DNA of 64,000 bases, from positions 2,790,001 to 2,854,000 of the forward strand of contig OX337233.1 of assembly GCA_946965045.2 (NCBI GenBank). The letters are read 5' to 3'. The notes under the pieces were generated by a model, which was not told the origin of the DNA, did no database searches, and was given only the letters and a program-made list of their open reading frames with translations. Shown here one piece after another: positions 41,533 to 52,245 of the stretch. Origin of the DNA: Epithemia pelagica (Eukaryota; Protista; Bacillariophyta). A program made the translations under genes and the position numbers. Numbering within the stretch: position 1 is the first letter of the stretch; every line of letters starts with the position of its first letter.

Positions 41533-42916
41533 GGTGGTTAATGTATGGTCAGAACGTTTGTCGAACAGAGCAAGTGATATGAATTCCTCGGCTTTCTTGA
41601 TCTATGAAGTTGGTTTGGTTTGATCCTTGGAACTCGTCGCGCTTTGATTCTTCCTGCTTCCCCCAGCAGACATCAAGCGCAGACGTTCGGATTGATCCAA
41701 AGACTTCAACAATTGGCGTTCGTGTTTCGTCATCGGCATTCGAATCTTGACACAGATTGTCCTTGACTCCACCTACTTATTATATCTATATACGTACATT
41801 CATGCCTGAGTAAATTTTACTGTATTATTTTGAGTACTCTGTGATGACACCTGACATTTCGTGTCTTCGAGGTGTCAACGTGTGCTAGCATGCGTGATGA
41901 ACCGACCGCGTCCTGCCTCCCCCAAGATCAAGACCAACATTTAATATTCGCGACTTTAGAGCGATCGAGAAACAACAGGAACAAGGGAGGTGCTAGCTAC
42001 GCTAGTAGCAGTTGGTACTCCTCCTCTTGAGCTAGAGCGTGAGAAAATCGGAGCAAATGTAATAGCAGATGGCCAATGGCCATGGCCATAGCGGGCGTAC
42101 TTGGTGTTCTCGCGTTTCGGTCTGTTCTCCTCTTTCTTGTGTTCCTTGTTGACAAAGGCAAAGACTTGGGAGTAGTGTCGCCCGTGATCCCCATGGCATC
42201 AGTTTTAAACATCGAGTCTCTCATTGAATGAATGGGAAAGCTGATACATAGAACATACAATAGCCTTATGGATTCCAGTTCAAGTGCCTTTTCGCAGTAA
42301 ATGAGTGCATCGTCTTTCATTTTGGCATAGAAAACGTGCTTTGGTTCTCTATCATGTCGATCTCGTGGTTGCTTCAAAAATGCAGCTGGAAGATGGGGCA
42401 CGTCGTGATTCTCTAGCGAGACGTACTCCGCCCGTCTTGTAGAAACAGTCCATTGCTTGGAATGCGGCACGCAAAAATGCAGGACGTCTTCCCGTCTTGT
42501 GGAGATGCGACATCTTGCTTGGAATGGCACGAAAAAATGCATGAGACACTTGAAAATTGATGCCAATGTACCAGTTTCTCGCTTGGTCTGGTAGCTTGAT
42601 TAAGATGACACTCTAGCTTTACACCGTAGACCGTATAGAGCTGTACAATGGCGGCCCTTCTATCATTCCATGATCTCCAATTTCTGAACCGCTGGCTTCA
42701 TGGTGAGCTCTTGATTCCTACATACTATTGTTATGTCTAGGCGAGTTTATGTGGAGTAAAGATGGTATGAAATTTATTCAATTTAGTGGTAAAATGCTAC
42801 AATAATAGAAGCAGTTGGAGAGAGATGTCGGTTCGGCGGGACTATGGCAACCCCTCGCATAGCCGGGCGCAAGGAGATGGGGTACCCTCAGTGAGGCGTC
42901 ACTTAAGGCACACCCT

Positions 42917-43462
42917 TTATACATCAAAAAATCCTCCGCAATTTTCTCCCAGATCAATTTTGGATGGAAGTCTTGGGCGCAAGTGTGTGGAGGTTGGCAT
43001 ACTTGCCATGAAAGAGTCAACCGATGACAATTCACTGTCCGAGTCGTCTGAGCTTATTTCAGCAAGATCCGGAAAGTCAGGAAGTCCACCAACAGATCCA
43101 TCATCGCTGATAGAGAATGTGTCGTCCATTGAAACTTCGGGTGGTATTGAGAGAGGCTGAGAGTTCGAAAAATTGTCAACATCATCTGTTTCATCCATGG
43201 CCATCAGAGACAGATCGTCTGGGATAGGTCTGGGGAGAAGAGATGGTCTTGGTCGAAGAGAAAATTGGAATTTTTCAGTGTCCTTGCTTGCAGGTGATAG
43301 GGTCGGAATGAATAAATCACAGCCCAAATCCACAACCCGGTGAAATTGGATTTCCCTTGTTTGTTGAGCAACAGGAGGTGGCATGGCCTGATACTTGAAG
43401 GAAACCGATGGCGACATGGTTTCAACACGAACTTCTTGTGACCTGGCGTTCAAATGTGTCAT
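42917..43462 (-). CDS. Hypothetical Ser/Asp/Pro-rich protein (181 aa)
   Basis: ATG-initiated ORF with low-complexity composition typical of diatom orphan genes. No motif. Confidence 0.5.
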   Translation of the reverse strand: MTHLNARSQEVRVETMSPSVSFKYQAMPPPVAQQTREIQFHRVVDLGCDLFIPTLSPASKDTEKFQFSLRPRPSLLPRPIPDDLSLMAMDETDDVDNFSNSQPLSIPPEVSMDDTFSISDDGSVGGLPDFPDLAEISSDDSDSELSSVDSFMASMPTSTHLRPRLPSKIDLGENCGGFFDV

Positions 43463-45546
43463 GGTTGAAAGTGAGATTTGTGTCTTGTTGTCTCTTGCTC
43501 GGTATCAAAATTTGTGAGATGAACAAAGTCGAAAGCTTTGTGCTCTTGTCTCTCTGTCGGAATGTGTTTTTGTGAGAGAGCTTGATGATCCGAAATGTGG
43601 AGGTAATTGATGATCATTGAAGATGATTGCAGAAGCAGGTTTTCTGCTCCATGATTTAGTTAAGCCCATGAAATATTTGAGCGCCGGGCCAGTCATAGAT
43701 ATGTCTTGGTGTTTATTGGCTAGCGATCTTGTAGCAAAAGCAGAAATGGAGTATATGGACCCACGATTGCTAAACGTTATTTTTGACGTTAACGCTCTGT
43801 TAACAACGAATGCGGACGAGAACGACAGCATCACCTAAATATCCTTTCCCAACGACATTCATAGTCGCCGGCTACGCCAAGGCGCGTATGCATCGCCGAG
43901 AATTGGTATTGGTGCACTCCGCATTTATTGTTTCGTACACGAAAGAGTCACACAAATCCCGAACTCCATTTTCCAACGGAAGGCGGTCGGAGACGGTAAA
44001 GATCGTTCGTATCCTTTCTTGTTGCATTCTTTGGCTTCTTTCTTCGCTTCCTTCCTTTCCTCTTCTTCACATTCCCCCAGAGTGCAATTGGGAGGGACGA
44101 TTTTCCAATGTCCGCCTTGTCTTCTTGGTGTCGGAGATTGGAGAGAGAAGGAAAGCCATGGTGTTTGCACTCAGTCAGTGCAAGGTGCAAGCAAACAGCA
44201 GATCCATAAAACATTCCGGTTTCGGTTGGTTCCTGACTCTGAACCAAAGTATTGGGATTGCATCACTTCAGCGCGCTGAGATCTGATCATCACAACATCA
44301 TGACATAGGACGTAGGACTAGTTTGCCATTGAGTGTTGAGTGAGGCGTAACGTCCCGTGAGTGGGCGATCATTATTATTTTTGGTTGCCGTTCAGATGTA
44401 CACGCACAAACCCGTGCCCTGTTATTAGTATCTATCAATTACCATCCATAACGTCGGTCCATCTGCTCTACCGTAGGCAGTAGGGACGGGGAAAGGACGT
44501 TTTTGTGGCTAAAGTAGAGAGATGTAAGATCATTTAAGTAGCTATGCATCAGCTGACAGCTGCGGAGGGACAGAAGAATCTGCGGAACTTCCATTGTTGT
44601 CTTCGATCCGTAAACACTTTCTCTGTCATGACGAGACAGAAAGAAAAGAAAGCTCAGATTTGATCGTTGATATCCACTCCGATCTCCTAAAATCCTTTTG
44701 CGCTTGGACATATACACGACAAAATCTATGCGTTCATATCTATGGCACGGCCTTTTTTCATAGCGATCGTTCGATGTCTGTCTTGTTTAGGCCATGACTT
44801 GTTATGATAAGGGACGTGCTGCCATCGAGAGGTGCACTCTCCACCCAGTCCGGTATGGCTCTATTGTTGGACTGATATGGTGGTGAAACCTTAGGCATCT
44901 GTTTATCTAGGGGAAGGGCCAGGGAAGTCTCCAGATGCCGTGTCGCAAATCGTGCAACGGAAGTCGAAGCATGGAGCACAAGAGTTTCTCGGAGTTGAGT
45001 ATACCATTTGCCCATTGCGATGACCGGTTGAAAGTGTAGCTTGAATGGAATTCGTCATACACCACACCAGCTGCAGCAGCAGGATATCCTCTCTTACGTC
45101 AGCAAACATATCCATTCTTCCGGCTTCGTTTGTCCCAAGCCTTTGGGACTTGTAGCTTTCACCACGTTCCGTGTCCGCTTCTTTGGCACCATGAATCTTG
45201 AACTGATACCTTGGGGAACTATGGTTACCGATCTAGTTTAGTACGAGAATCCCTGATGGATGTTGTGAATTTTGAAGAAGTGGAGCGACACAGAGTAGTA
45301 CGTTGAAGCAGATGCATTGGGTCTCGACAAGAGTCTTCACCCAAACCATGAGCGCATCCAATTCTTCAAATGCGATATTCGGCAACCATCATGATCCTAC
45401 GATGATATCATTGTGCTTGAGGTCTTTCAGGTACAATGCTGTTTCATAAGAGATGAACGACCATCCACAATTCGTCGCACGAGTCCGTTCATATCTCAGA
45501 GCAATACAGTCTCTGTTCCCCGTCAGTTTTTGATGAACAATCTCCC

Positions 45547-46482
45547 TCATCCACTCCATTCTTCAGAGTCATCCGTGAAATCAAATTCCTCACTTTCAAA
45601 ACATTTCTGCAAAGGTGTAGCGTAAGCAACTGGGAGAGTTGTGCCTGTTTCTTCGTGCGGCTCTGGATGATGCTCGTTCTCACGATGCGCCACATGGCCT
45701 TCAGTGAGCTCCACTGCATTTGCGTCCTCTTCTTCCGCCGCCGGTATATCTTCGATGTCCTCGTCTTCGTGCATTGCAACGTCGATGTAGCTGCTTCTTC
45801 TTTCGACATTGTTGCGTTGAAACAAACTATTTCTTCGGCCAGCGCGAGTTCGATTCCGGAAAAAGACCAATAAAAACGACATGAATAGAATCCAAGCCAG
45901 AGCGCCCAAACGTAAAAATGGAGATGGAGGCGATGAAGTCTCGTGTACAAACATGGGAATACTTGTATTTTGAAAGCACAAAATTGACTCTTTTGATCCA
46001 TGTCCCACTACAAAACCATATGTTTCTTGGTTGGTGATATTATCGTGGCAGGCGTACGCAAGTTTGTGGCATTGGTTGTGACTCGTAGTGGCATCTTCAT
46101 GGTTGGTATTGTTCTCGTTATGGTGGTGGCTGTGGATCCTTTCGGAATCATTATGGTGGTGGTGGCTGTGGATCCTTTCGGAATGGCAAGAGTCATATTG
46201 AGCGGCCATGCCATTGTCGGTTTGGTTCAACTCTTCCACAATACACACTTTTTCATCGCAGAATCGTTGTGAGACGACAAATCCATCGTGGACGGTTTGT
46301 TCAATCATGACATTGGTTCGTGCCACACACCAAACTTGGACTCGTGTCAAATTGTCCCCTTGACACTCGCAGGTTGTGTCAAATCGTCGTTCCGCATCGA
46401 GACACACCTCGTGAAGATCCAAAAAAGGTTCGGCACGGAACTCTTGTTCTGGAAGCGTGCTATTATTGTCGTTGGACGACAT
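45547..46482 (-). CDS. Single-pass membrane protein with Cys-rich and His-rich N-terminal part
   Basis: TM LGALAWILFMSFLLVFF followed by RNR, multiple Cys, and a 36-bp duplication encoding SERIHSHHH twice. Confidence 0.65.
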   Translation of the reverse strand: MSSNDNNSTLPEQEFRAEPFLDLHEVCLDAERRFDTTCECQGDNLTRVQVWCVARTNVMIEQTVHDGFVVSQRFCDEKVCIVEELNQTDNGMAAQYDSCHSERIHSHHHHNDSERIHSHHHNENNTNHEDATTSHNQCHKLAYACHDNITNQETYGFVVGHGSKESILCFQNTSIPMFVHETSSPPSPFLRLGALAWILFMSFLLVFFRNRTRAGRRNSLFQRNNVERRSSYIDVAMHEDEDIEDIPAAEEEDANAVELTEGHVAHRENEHHPEPHEETGTTLPVAYATPLQKCFESEEFDFTDDSEEWSG

Positions 46483-47087
46483 GTTGTGATCTTTGCCCAG
46501 TTGCAGCAGACGTCTCAGCCTCAAAGGTAACAATGAACAAGGTTGTTCCGTCCACCGCCGTCGTCCACTGCTTCCGGCTTCCGTCACGCGAATTGTCAAG
46601 ATTCACCCACCGAAGATGAACAACAGCGGCAGCTGGCATGTGCCTCTTCTCTATGGCATGGGTATTCGAATCTCAGACGATAAGTTGTAAGATTCAGAAG
46701 GATAATGTCTCTAATATTATAGAATACTCCCTCGCGATAGAACAAAGCCTAAGCGTTCCGTCAGATTCCCCACAAACCCGGACATTGCTGCTCTGTCCGT
46801 CCACGCGGGTGGCCAAGCAAGAGTTTGCGTTCTTGAAAATGTGAGCAAAGCTCGCTCCCCGGACGATTTTTTCTCTCAACGCCACATTTGGTGTAATGTT
46901 TAGCAGCTTTTGTGTGTCGTAGCTCTAACTACCAAAGACATGGAAGGATCAAATGGCACGACCACGATCATTATTTCGCACCAAACCATCATATGCCTCG
47001 CTCTATCTGTCGAAAGAAGAGAGAGCGACGATCCCCAAAAGCCAAAAGCACAAAAATAGAATAAGACACTCTGAAAGTGGAGGTGCG

Positions 47088-47397
47088 ATCGGACCGGAAC
47101 GACTCCAAAGTCCATCGAATCGACTCTCACTAGTGGTACAATCATGGAGTCTATTGCACCTCCGTCCGTTGTCTCCGAGAGTGAGGGCCATGACGACAGC
47201 GAGACAAGTTTCGAACTCATTGTTTCTCGAGAGCTTCACCACAATCGGACCGGAACGACTCCAAAGTCCATCGAATCGACTCTCACTAGTGGTACAATCA
47301 TGGAGTCTATTGCACCTCCGTCCGTTGTCTCCGAGAGTGAGGGCCATGACGACAGCGAGACAAGTTTCGAACTCATTGTTTCTCGAGAGCTTCACCA
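47088..47397 (+). repeat. 156-bp-period perfect tandem duplication at the gene start
   Basis: 47088-47241 is identical to 47244-47397. Confidence 0.95.
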
Positions 47398-49452
47398 AAA
47401 CAACAACGACGAAGAAAAGAAGGACGAGGACGATACCATGTCCTCCCAAAATATTTGGCGGAGTACAAAATCGTTGGATGACCAGTCGGGACAAAGTCGA
47501 GAGCGCGATGAAGAAGAGGGTGGTGACAAGGGAAACTCATCGGCTCCCATTACTGGGACTCCAGGGTTTCGATGCGTCGTGTTTGTTCCTGGGAAATCAA
47601 TGAGCAAGATCAAAGCCAATCCTTCGAATGGCACGTTGGACACTGTCGCCGAGGAATCCGCAGCCAACCAACAACAAAGTGGTGGAGGAATTGGCGTTGC
47701 TCTCATGATTAACGAAGAAGGTACAGAAAACGAGGTGTGGGTTGTGGATCAGATCAAACTGCATAGTCCTTTGGTGGATTCTCCAGTGGAGCGAGGAGAT
47801 ATTGTCGTCCGAATCAATGGGAAAACAAACTTTCAAGAGGCAATCGATGAAATTCGGACAGACCCTGATCGCCTCATTAGTATAGTCCTGTGCAATCCAC
47901 ACCCGGAAGCTCAGTTTGATTTGGTCGAAACCTGGATTCATCCGAGTGCGTACCACTCCAAAAGTCCCCTGGAGGAGGAACACACGGACGGCATGGAAGA
48001 TGCGAATGACAGTCTGGGGCTTGTTTTGAACTCGGACATGCTCAATGAGGGATACCTGGAAGTAGCCGAGCCTCCAACGGGTGTTTGGGAACACACACTC
48101 TTGGACACGCACGACGTTGTAGTGGCAGTACATCGTCTATCGGCCGAACATGTGACTTACGAGCGTGTCACAAACATGCTCCTCAACGATCGATCTACGA
48201 ACAGGACCATTTCCATTCATACCCGCATTCGTTCAGCGACGGGCATGGAGCTGGCCAAAGGAATGGAAGAAGACGTTGGTAGCTATATTGCCAAGGCTGT
48301 GTATGTTGGCCCCAGCTATGTAAGTCTTGGATCAATGAATCGTTTCGTAACTGACTTTTCCGTCCTCTCCCTAACAAAGAATGTTCTTTTCTCCTGCAGC
48401 TTCGCAGACGTCTCGCAATGTTTGCAGGATGTATTGTTTTGGTTGTCATCATTCTCTTGATTCTTGTTGCGATTGACGCGTCTAGGCACAAGGACGAAGA
48501 TCTGTCAAACAGAGGAATTGCGTTCTGTGAAGGGGATGACTGTCCCTTAGACGGGCGACCATTTCGAGATGTTCGCGGACACGACATTTCTGCCAGCACG
48601 GAAACATGTTTACTCAATCACAAAGATGAACAGAATCTGTGGTCAACCATTCAAGGGATGGACCATCCGCCATCTGGACAAGGTATCGAGTCATTGGATT
48701 CCCAAACTGTGCAAGCACAGGAGGAGAATGAATGGCTTACACGGGCATTAGGAGAACATGCCTCGATTGCTTCTTTTGCTGCATTTACCATTGCTCTCAT
48801 GACCAATCAAGCTCCACCCGATCTGATACGCGATGCTCTCCAAGCGGCAATGGATGAATGGAATCATGCCACAGTTTCCTTTGCTTGGGCCAACCACATG
48901 GCAACAAAGGGTGAGTTGTTTCATGAACCCACGGGACTTCCCGCAACGCAACATGTCTTTGAACGTGATTTAAAGCAATTGGCAAGATCCACAGTGCTGG
49001 AAGGATGTATGGGAGAAACACTGAGTGCACTTGACATGGCAAACCAAGTCGATGTAAAGAGAAACGCAACAACCAAAGTCCCACCAGCAATGTTGTTGTC
49101 CATGGAAAAGATTGCATTCGAAGAGGCACAGCACGCTGCCTTGGCTTGGAGAACGATTCAATGGGTGTGCACTACAGACGACCATGCCTGCAATGATATC
49201 CAAAAAGACGTGTTGAACGACGATGCAATGGATACCTACTTTGGTCAACGGTTCCCTTTGGCGACGCAAGCGCAAAGAAAGTTGTGGCAATATGTCTATC
49301 AGAACCTCATCCCCTTTGCAAAAAGCGAGAGTCGAGGAGTGGATTGCACCAGTTCCCAGAAAGGCGCTCTGGCAGAAAACGTTGCAGAAAACATTATCCA
49401 ATTATGTTGGTGCCAAGCCTCGCAGCATGTCAACTCCGAAGCCATATTGTGA
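47144..49452 (+). CDS. PDZ - degenerate PDZ - TM - ferritin-like domain protein; exons 47144-48319 and 48400-49452
   Basis: GIGV...SP...GDIVVRING PDZ signature. Phase-0 intron GTAAGT...CTAAC...TGCAG (48320-48399) joins the two track ORFs. TM helix after RRR. EHAS, DEWNH, EGCMGE and EEAQH four-helix metal-ligand pattern. Confidence 0.85.
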
Positions 49453-49808
49453 GCCTTGTGTGAGTATTCCCTGCGTGGATTGGAACGGATAAGCTTTCTC
49501 TTGCTCTTCGTTTGTATGGAGCGATCGACGTTGCTAATGACTAGTGCGAGAAGGATTCCAACGAAGGAAGCTAGGTAGTTGTGTTGTACCAGACGCAACT
49601 GTAATTGAAATATTCATAGTCTCATTTGTTGTCCATGTTGGATCAAATGAATGTTCCCCTCGTGGGTTGGAACGGAAAAGCACTCTTACGATGTTTTAAA
49701 GCTGTAGACGTTGCTCATGACTGGGGCGGGAAAGGGTTCCAACGAAGGAAGCTAGTTGCGTTGTAGCAGAAGCAACTGCAATCGAGTTGAAGTGAACTAT
49801 TCACAATC

Positions 49809-50666
49809 TCATCTGTTGTCAATGTTGAATGAAATGGGTTCAAACTTTTCTCCGACTTTTGGTGAAATGGAACGATTGACGACTTGAAAATAGGAATTCC
49901 AGGAGTCTTTTCCAAACTTCCATGCCTCGATACTCTTGGCAATATCACGTTCTTCAATGGCTGCCCATAGTACACGATTCGCGTGGCGCACTTCATTGGC
50001 GTAAAAGCGTGCCACGAGCAGTTCCTTTCCGGGTTGTGGCAAGTTTGGTGAAGTCGACATGGCCGTAGCAAACAAGACGAGTTTCAATTCTGCATCGACC
50101 GCACCGGGTGGCAACTGGCGATCACCAGGGAGCGCCACATAGCCGGCGGCTGTATCCCACAGTTGAGTTGCCTCACGTGTTTGTTGCTTCGCTTTGAGCT
50201 GTTGCAGTATCGAACCCAGTTTTCCAAATTCTTGGGATCCATATGCAATGCTCGAGCCGTACTTGGTGTAGGCTGGAATGCGCTGATTCAATGAAACATA
50301 GGTACAACTGTTGCCCCCATCCGCTTGTGTGCAGCTGCCAAATGCATTCCATTGTGGATCATCACCTTTCAATTCGGTTGTCAACAATCGTGGAGGAGTC
50401 TTTCCAAACATGTACCAGTAGTCTTCACGAATCACAGCATCTTTGTTCCCATTCCGATTCCGTCCTTCAAAATTGAATGCCGATCCACTACCAACGTCGT
50501 CGTCGCCAAAGGCATTGGTCGGTGCGAATGTCACTCCAAACACTGCAAGGGCCGCAGACTCGACTGCCTCACGACGAGTTTGTAGTCCCGTCGGGAACTG
50601 GAGTGGCGTCACCAAGCGACAGAAATAAAGAAGCGTGAACAACGGCACCCAGGAACGCATCGCCAT
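49809..50666 (-). CDS. Hypothetical protein predicted to be targeted to the thylakoid lumen
   Basis: Signal peptide, then TRREAVESAALAVFGVTFAPTNA, a twin-arginine and hydrophobic lumenal targeting pattern. Confidence 0.75.
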   Translation of the reverse strand: MAMRSWVPLFTLLYFCRLVTPLQFPTGLQTRREAVESAALAVFGVTFAPTNAFGDDDVGSGSAFNFEGRNRNGNKDAVIREDYWYMFGKTPPRLLTTELKGDDPQWNAFGSCTQADGGNSCTYVSLNQRIPAYTKYGSSIAYGSQEFGKLGSILQQLKAKQQTREATQLWDTAAGYVALPGDRQLPPGAVDAELKLVLFATAMSTSPNLPQPGKELLVARFYANEVRHANRVLWAAIEERDIAKSIEAWKFGKDSWNSYFQVVNRSISPKVGEKFEPISFNIDNR

Positions 50667-50972
50667 GGTCGAGTTTTTGTGTGCGTCCGGGGGCAATTCG
50701 CGACTCGTATCTTTACTTCAAACACGAATCCAAAATCATGGGTCTCGTCTACGTCCAGAAAAGATTGGGAACTTGAACATGATACTCCTAGCTCCTCTAG
50801 AATGAGCAAGGTACGTCTAGATAAAAGGTCTCTGTTGACAAAAGATCATTAGTCATAACGGAGCTTTCACATCCTAACCCTTGTACATCGGAGGACACCT
50901 CTCCAGAACTTCTTCGCTGACACTACCTCAAGATGCAAATTGTTAAATCAGAAACGAACCTCAACGACATGC

Positions 50973-51764
50973 TCACACAAGGTCTTCGCCATGCAATCGC
51001 ATTCCCTTTCCTGGGTAGAATGATGCATTCTTAGGCTTTCCTTTCCATCCAGCCAAAGCAGGGTTGCTCGCAGCAATGAGGCTGTCAAAAGATTCATGGT
51101 CACGCATTCCCTTTCCAGGGTAAAAGGACGCGTTCTTGGGCTTTCCCTTCCATCCAGCCAAAGCCGGGTTGCTTGCAGCAATCAGGCTGTCGAAAGATTC
51201 ATGGTCACGCATTCCCTTTCCGGGGTAGAAGGAAGCATTCTTAGGCTTTCCCTTCCATCCAGCCAAAGCAGGGTTGCTAGCGGCAACAAGGTTGTCGAAT
51301 GACTCATGATCACGCATTCCCTTTCCAGGGTAGAACGATGCGTTCTTAGGCTTTCCCTTCCACCCAGCAAGAGCAGGGTTACTTGCGGCTACGAGGTTGT
51401 CGTAAGATTCATGAGCGCGCATTCCCTTTCCTGGGTAGAAGGACGCGTTCTTGGGCTTTCCCTTCCATCCGGCCAAAGCCGGGTTGCTAGCAGCAACAAG
51501 GTTGTCGAATGACTCATGGTCACGCATTCCCTTTCCGGGGTAAAATGATGCGTTCTTGGGCTTACCCTTCCATCCAGCCAAAGCAGGATTTGAGGCAGCA
51601 TTTGCTGGAAGGGCATTGGAACCCACCAACAGACCAAAGGCAGCACCAACGGCGTCCCGACGGTTGATGGCGTTCAATTGGACCAGCGACGATGAGCGTT
51701 GGGCCACTGGCGCAAAGGCCAAAGACATGGATGCAGCAGCAAGAAAGCAGATAACACGAAGCAT
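50973..51764 (-). CDS. Thylakoid-lumen-targeted tandem-repeat protein (56-aa tripartite leader plus six 35-aa units)
   Basis: SLA-FAP signal cleavage motif, NRRDAVGAAFGLLVG...ANA Tat/lumen signal, and six copies of ASNPALAGWKGKPKNASFYPGKGMR. Confidence 0.92.
   Translation of the reverse strand: MLRVICFLAAASMSLAFAPVAQRSSSLVQLNAINRRDAVGAAFGLLVGSNALPANAASNPALAGWKGKPKNASFYPGKGMRDHESFDNLVAASNPALAGWKGKPKNASFYPGKGMRAHESYDNLVAASNPALAGWKGKPKNASFYPGKGMRDHESFDNLVAASNPALAGWKGKPKNASFYPGKGMRDHESFDSLIAASNPALAGWKGKPKNASFYPGKGMRDHESFDSLIAASNPALAGWKGKPKNASFYPGKGMRLHGEDLV
50976..51596 (-). repeat. 105-bp coding tandem repeat, six copies
   Basis: ATTCCCTTTCC recurs at 51001, 51106, 51211, 51316, 51421 and 51526. 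Differences are mostly at third codon positions. Confidence 0.97.
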
Positions 51765-52245
51765 TGTGATGTCTTTTACAGTTTACGGTCTGAAAGACTC
51801 CCTTCACGATGATCCACAGATGTCTGCTTTGATTTTTCTCTTGCAGCAGCGAGCTTGAAGTTACGTCACAATAATCCATGGTGATTTATTCGCAGATCTA
51901 AGATTTGCAGCGACCAAAAACTCGAGAAAAAGCTCGCTAGGTAAAGAAACGGGACATGGTAGACTATGGCCTATGGTATACTGCAAGGACACCTCTAGGA
52001 GTACGGTGATGCTCTTTGCTTCTTACGGTGAACCAGATTTGGAGTAGGAAGAATGGAAATGCAAAATAAAAAAAGTTTGCGAAGCTGTAATGACGATTGC
52101 AAATAGCGTGATGTTGGCATGTCGCAAGAAATGGTTGCTTTCGCTGTCTCCGTAAGCAGATATCATTCTTGGTATATACCTAGTTCATGCAAAGGGGTGC
52201 ATGGGAAGGATTCCCATCCCACGAGAACAAAATCATTCCATGGCT

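Noticed and set aside
50976-51596. CRISPR-like array
   Set aside because: The units are contiguous coding repeats with synonymous variation and no unique spacers, in a eukaryotic context with no cas genes.
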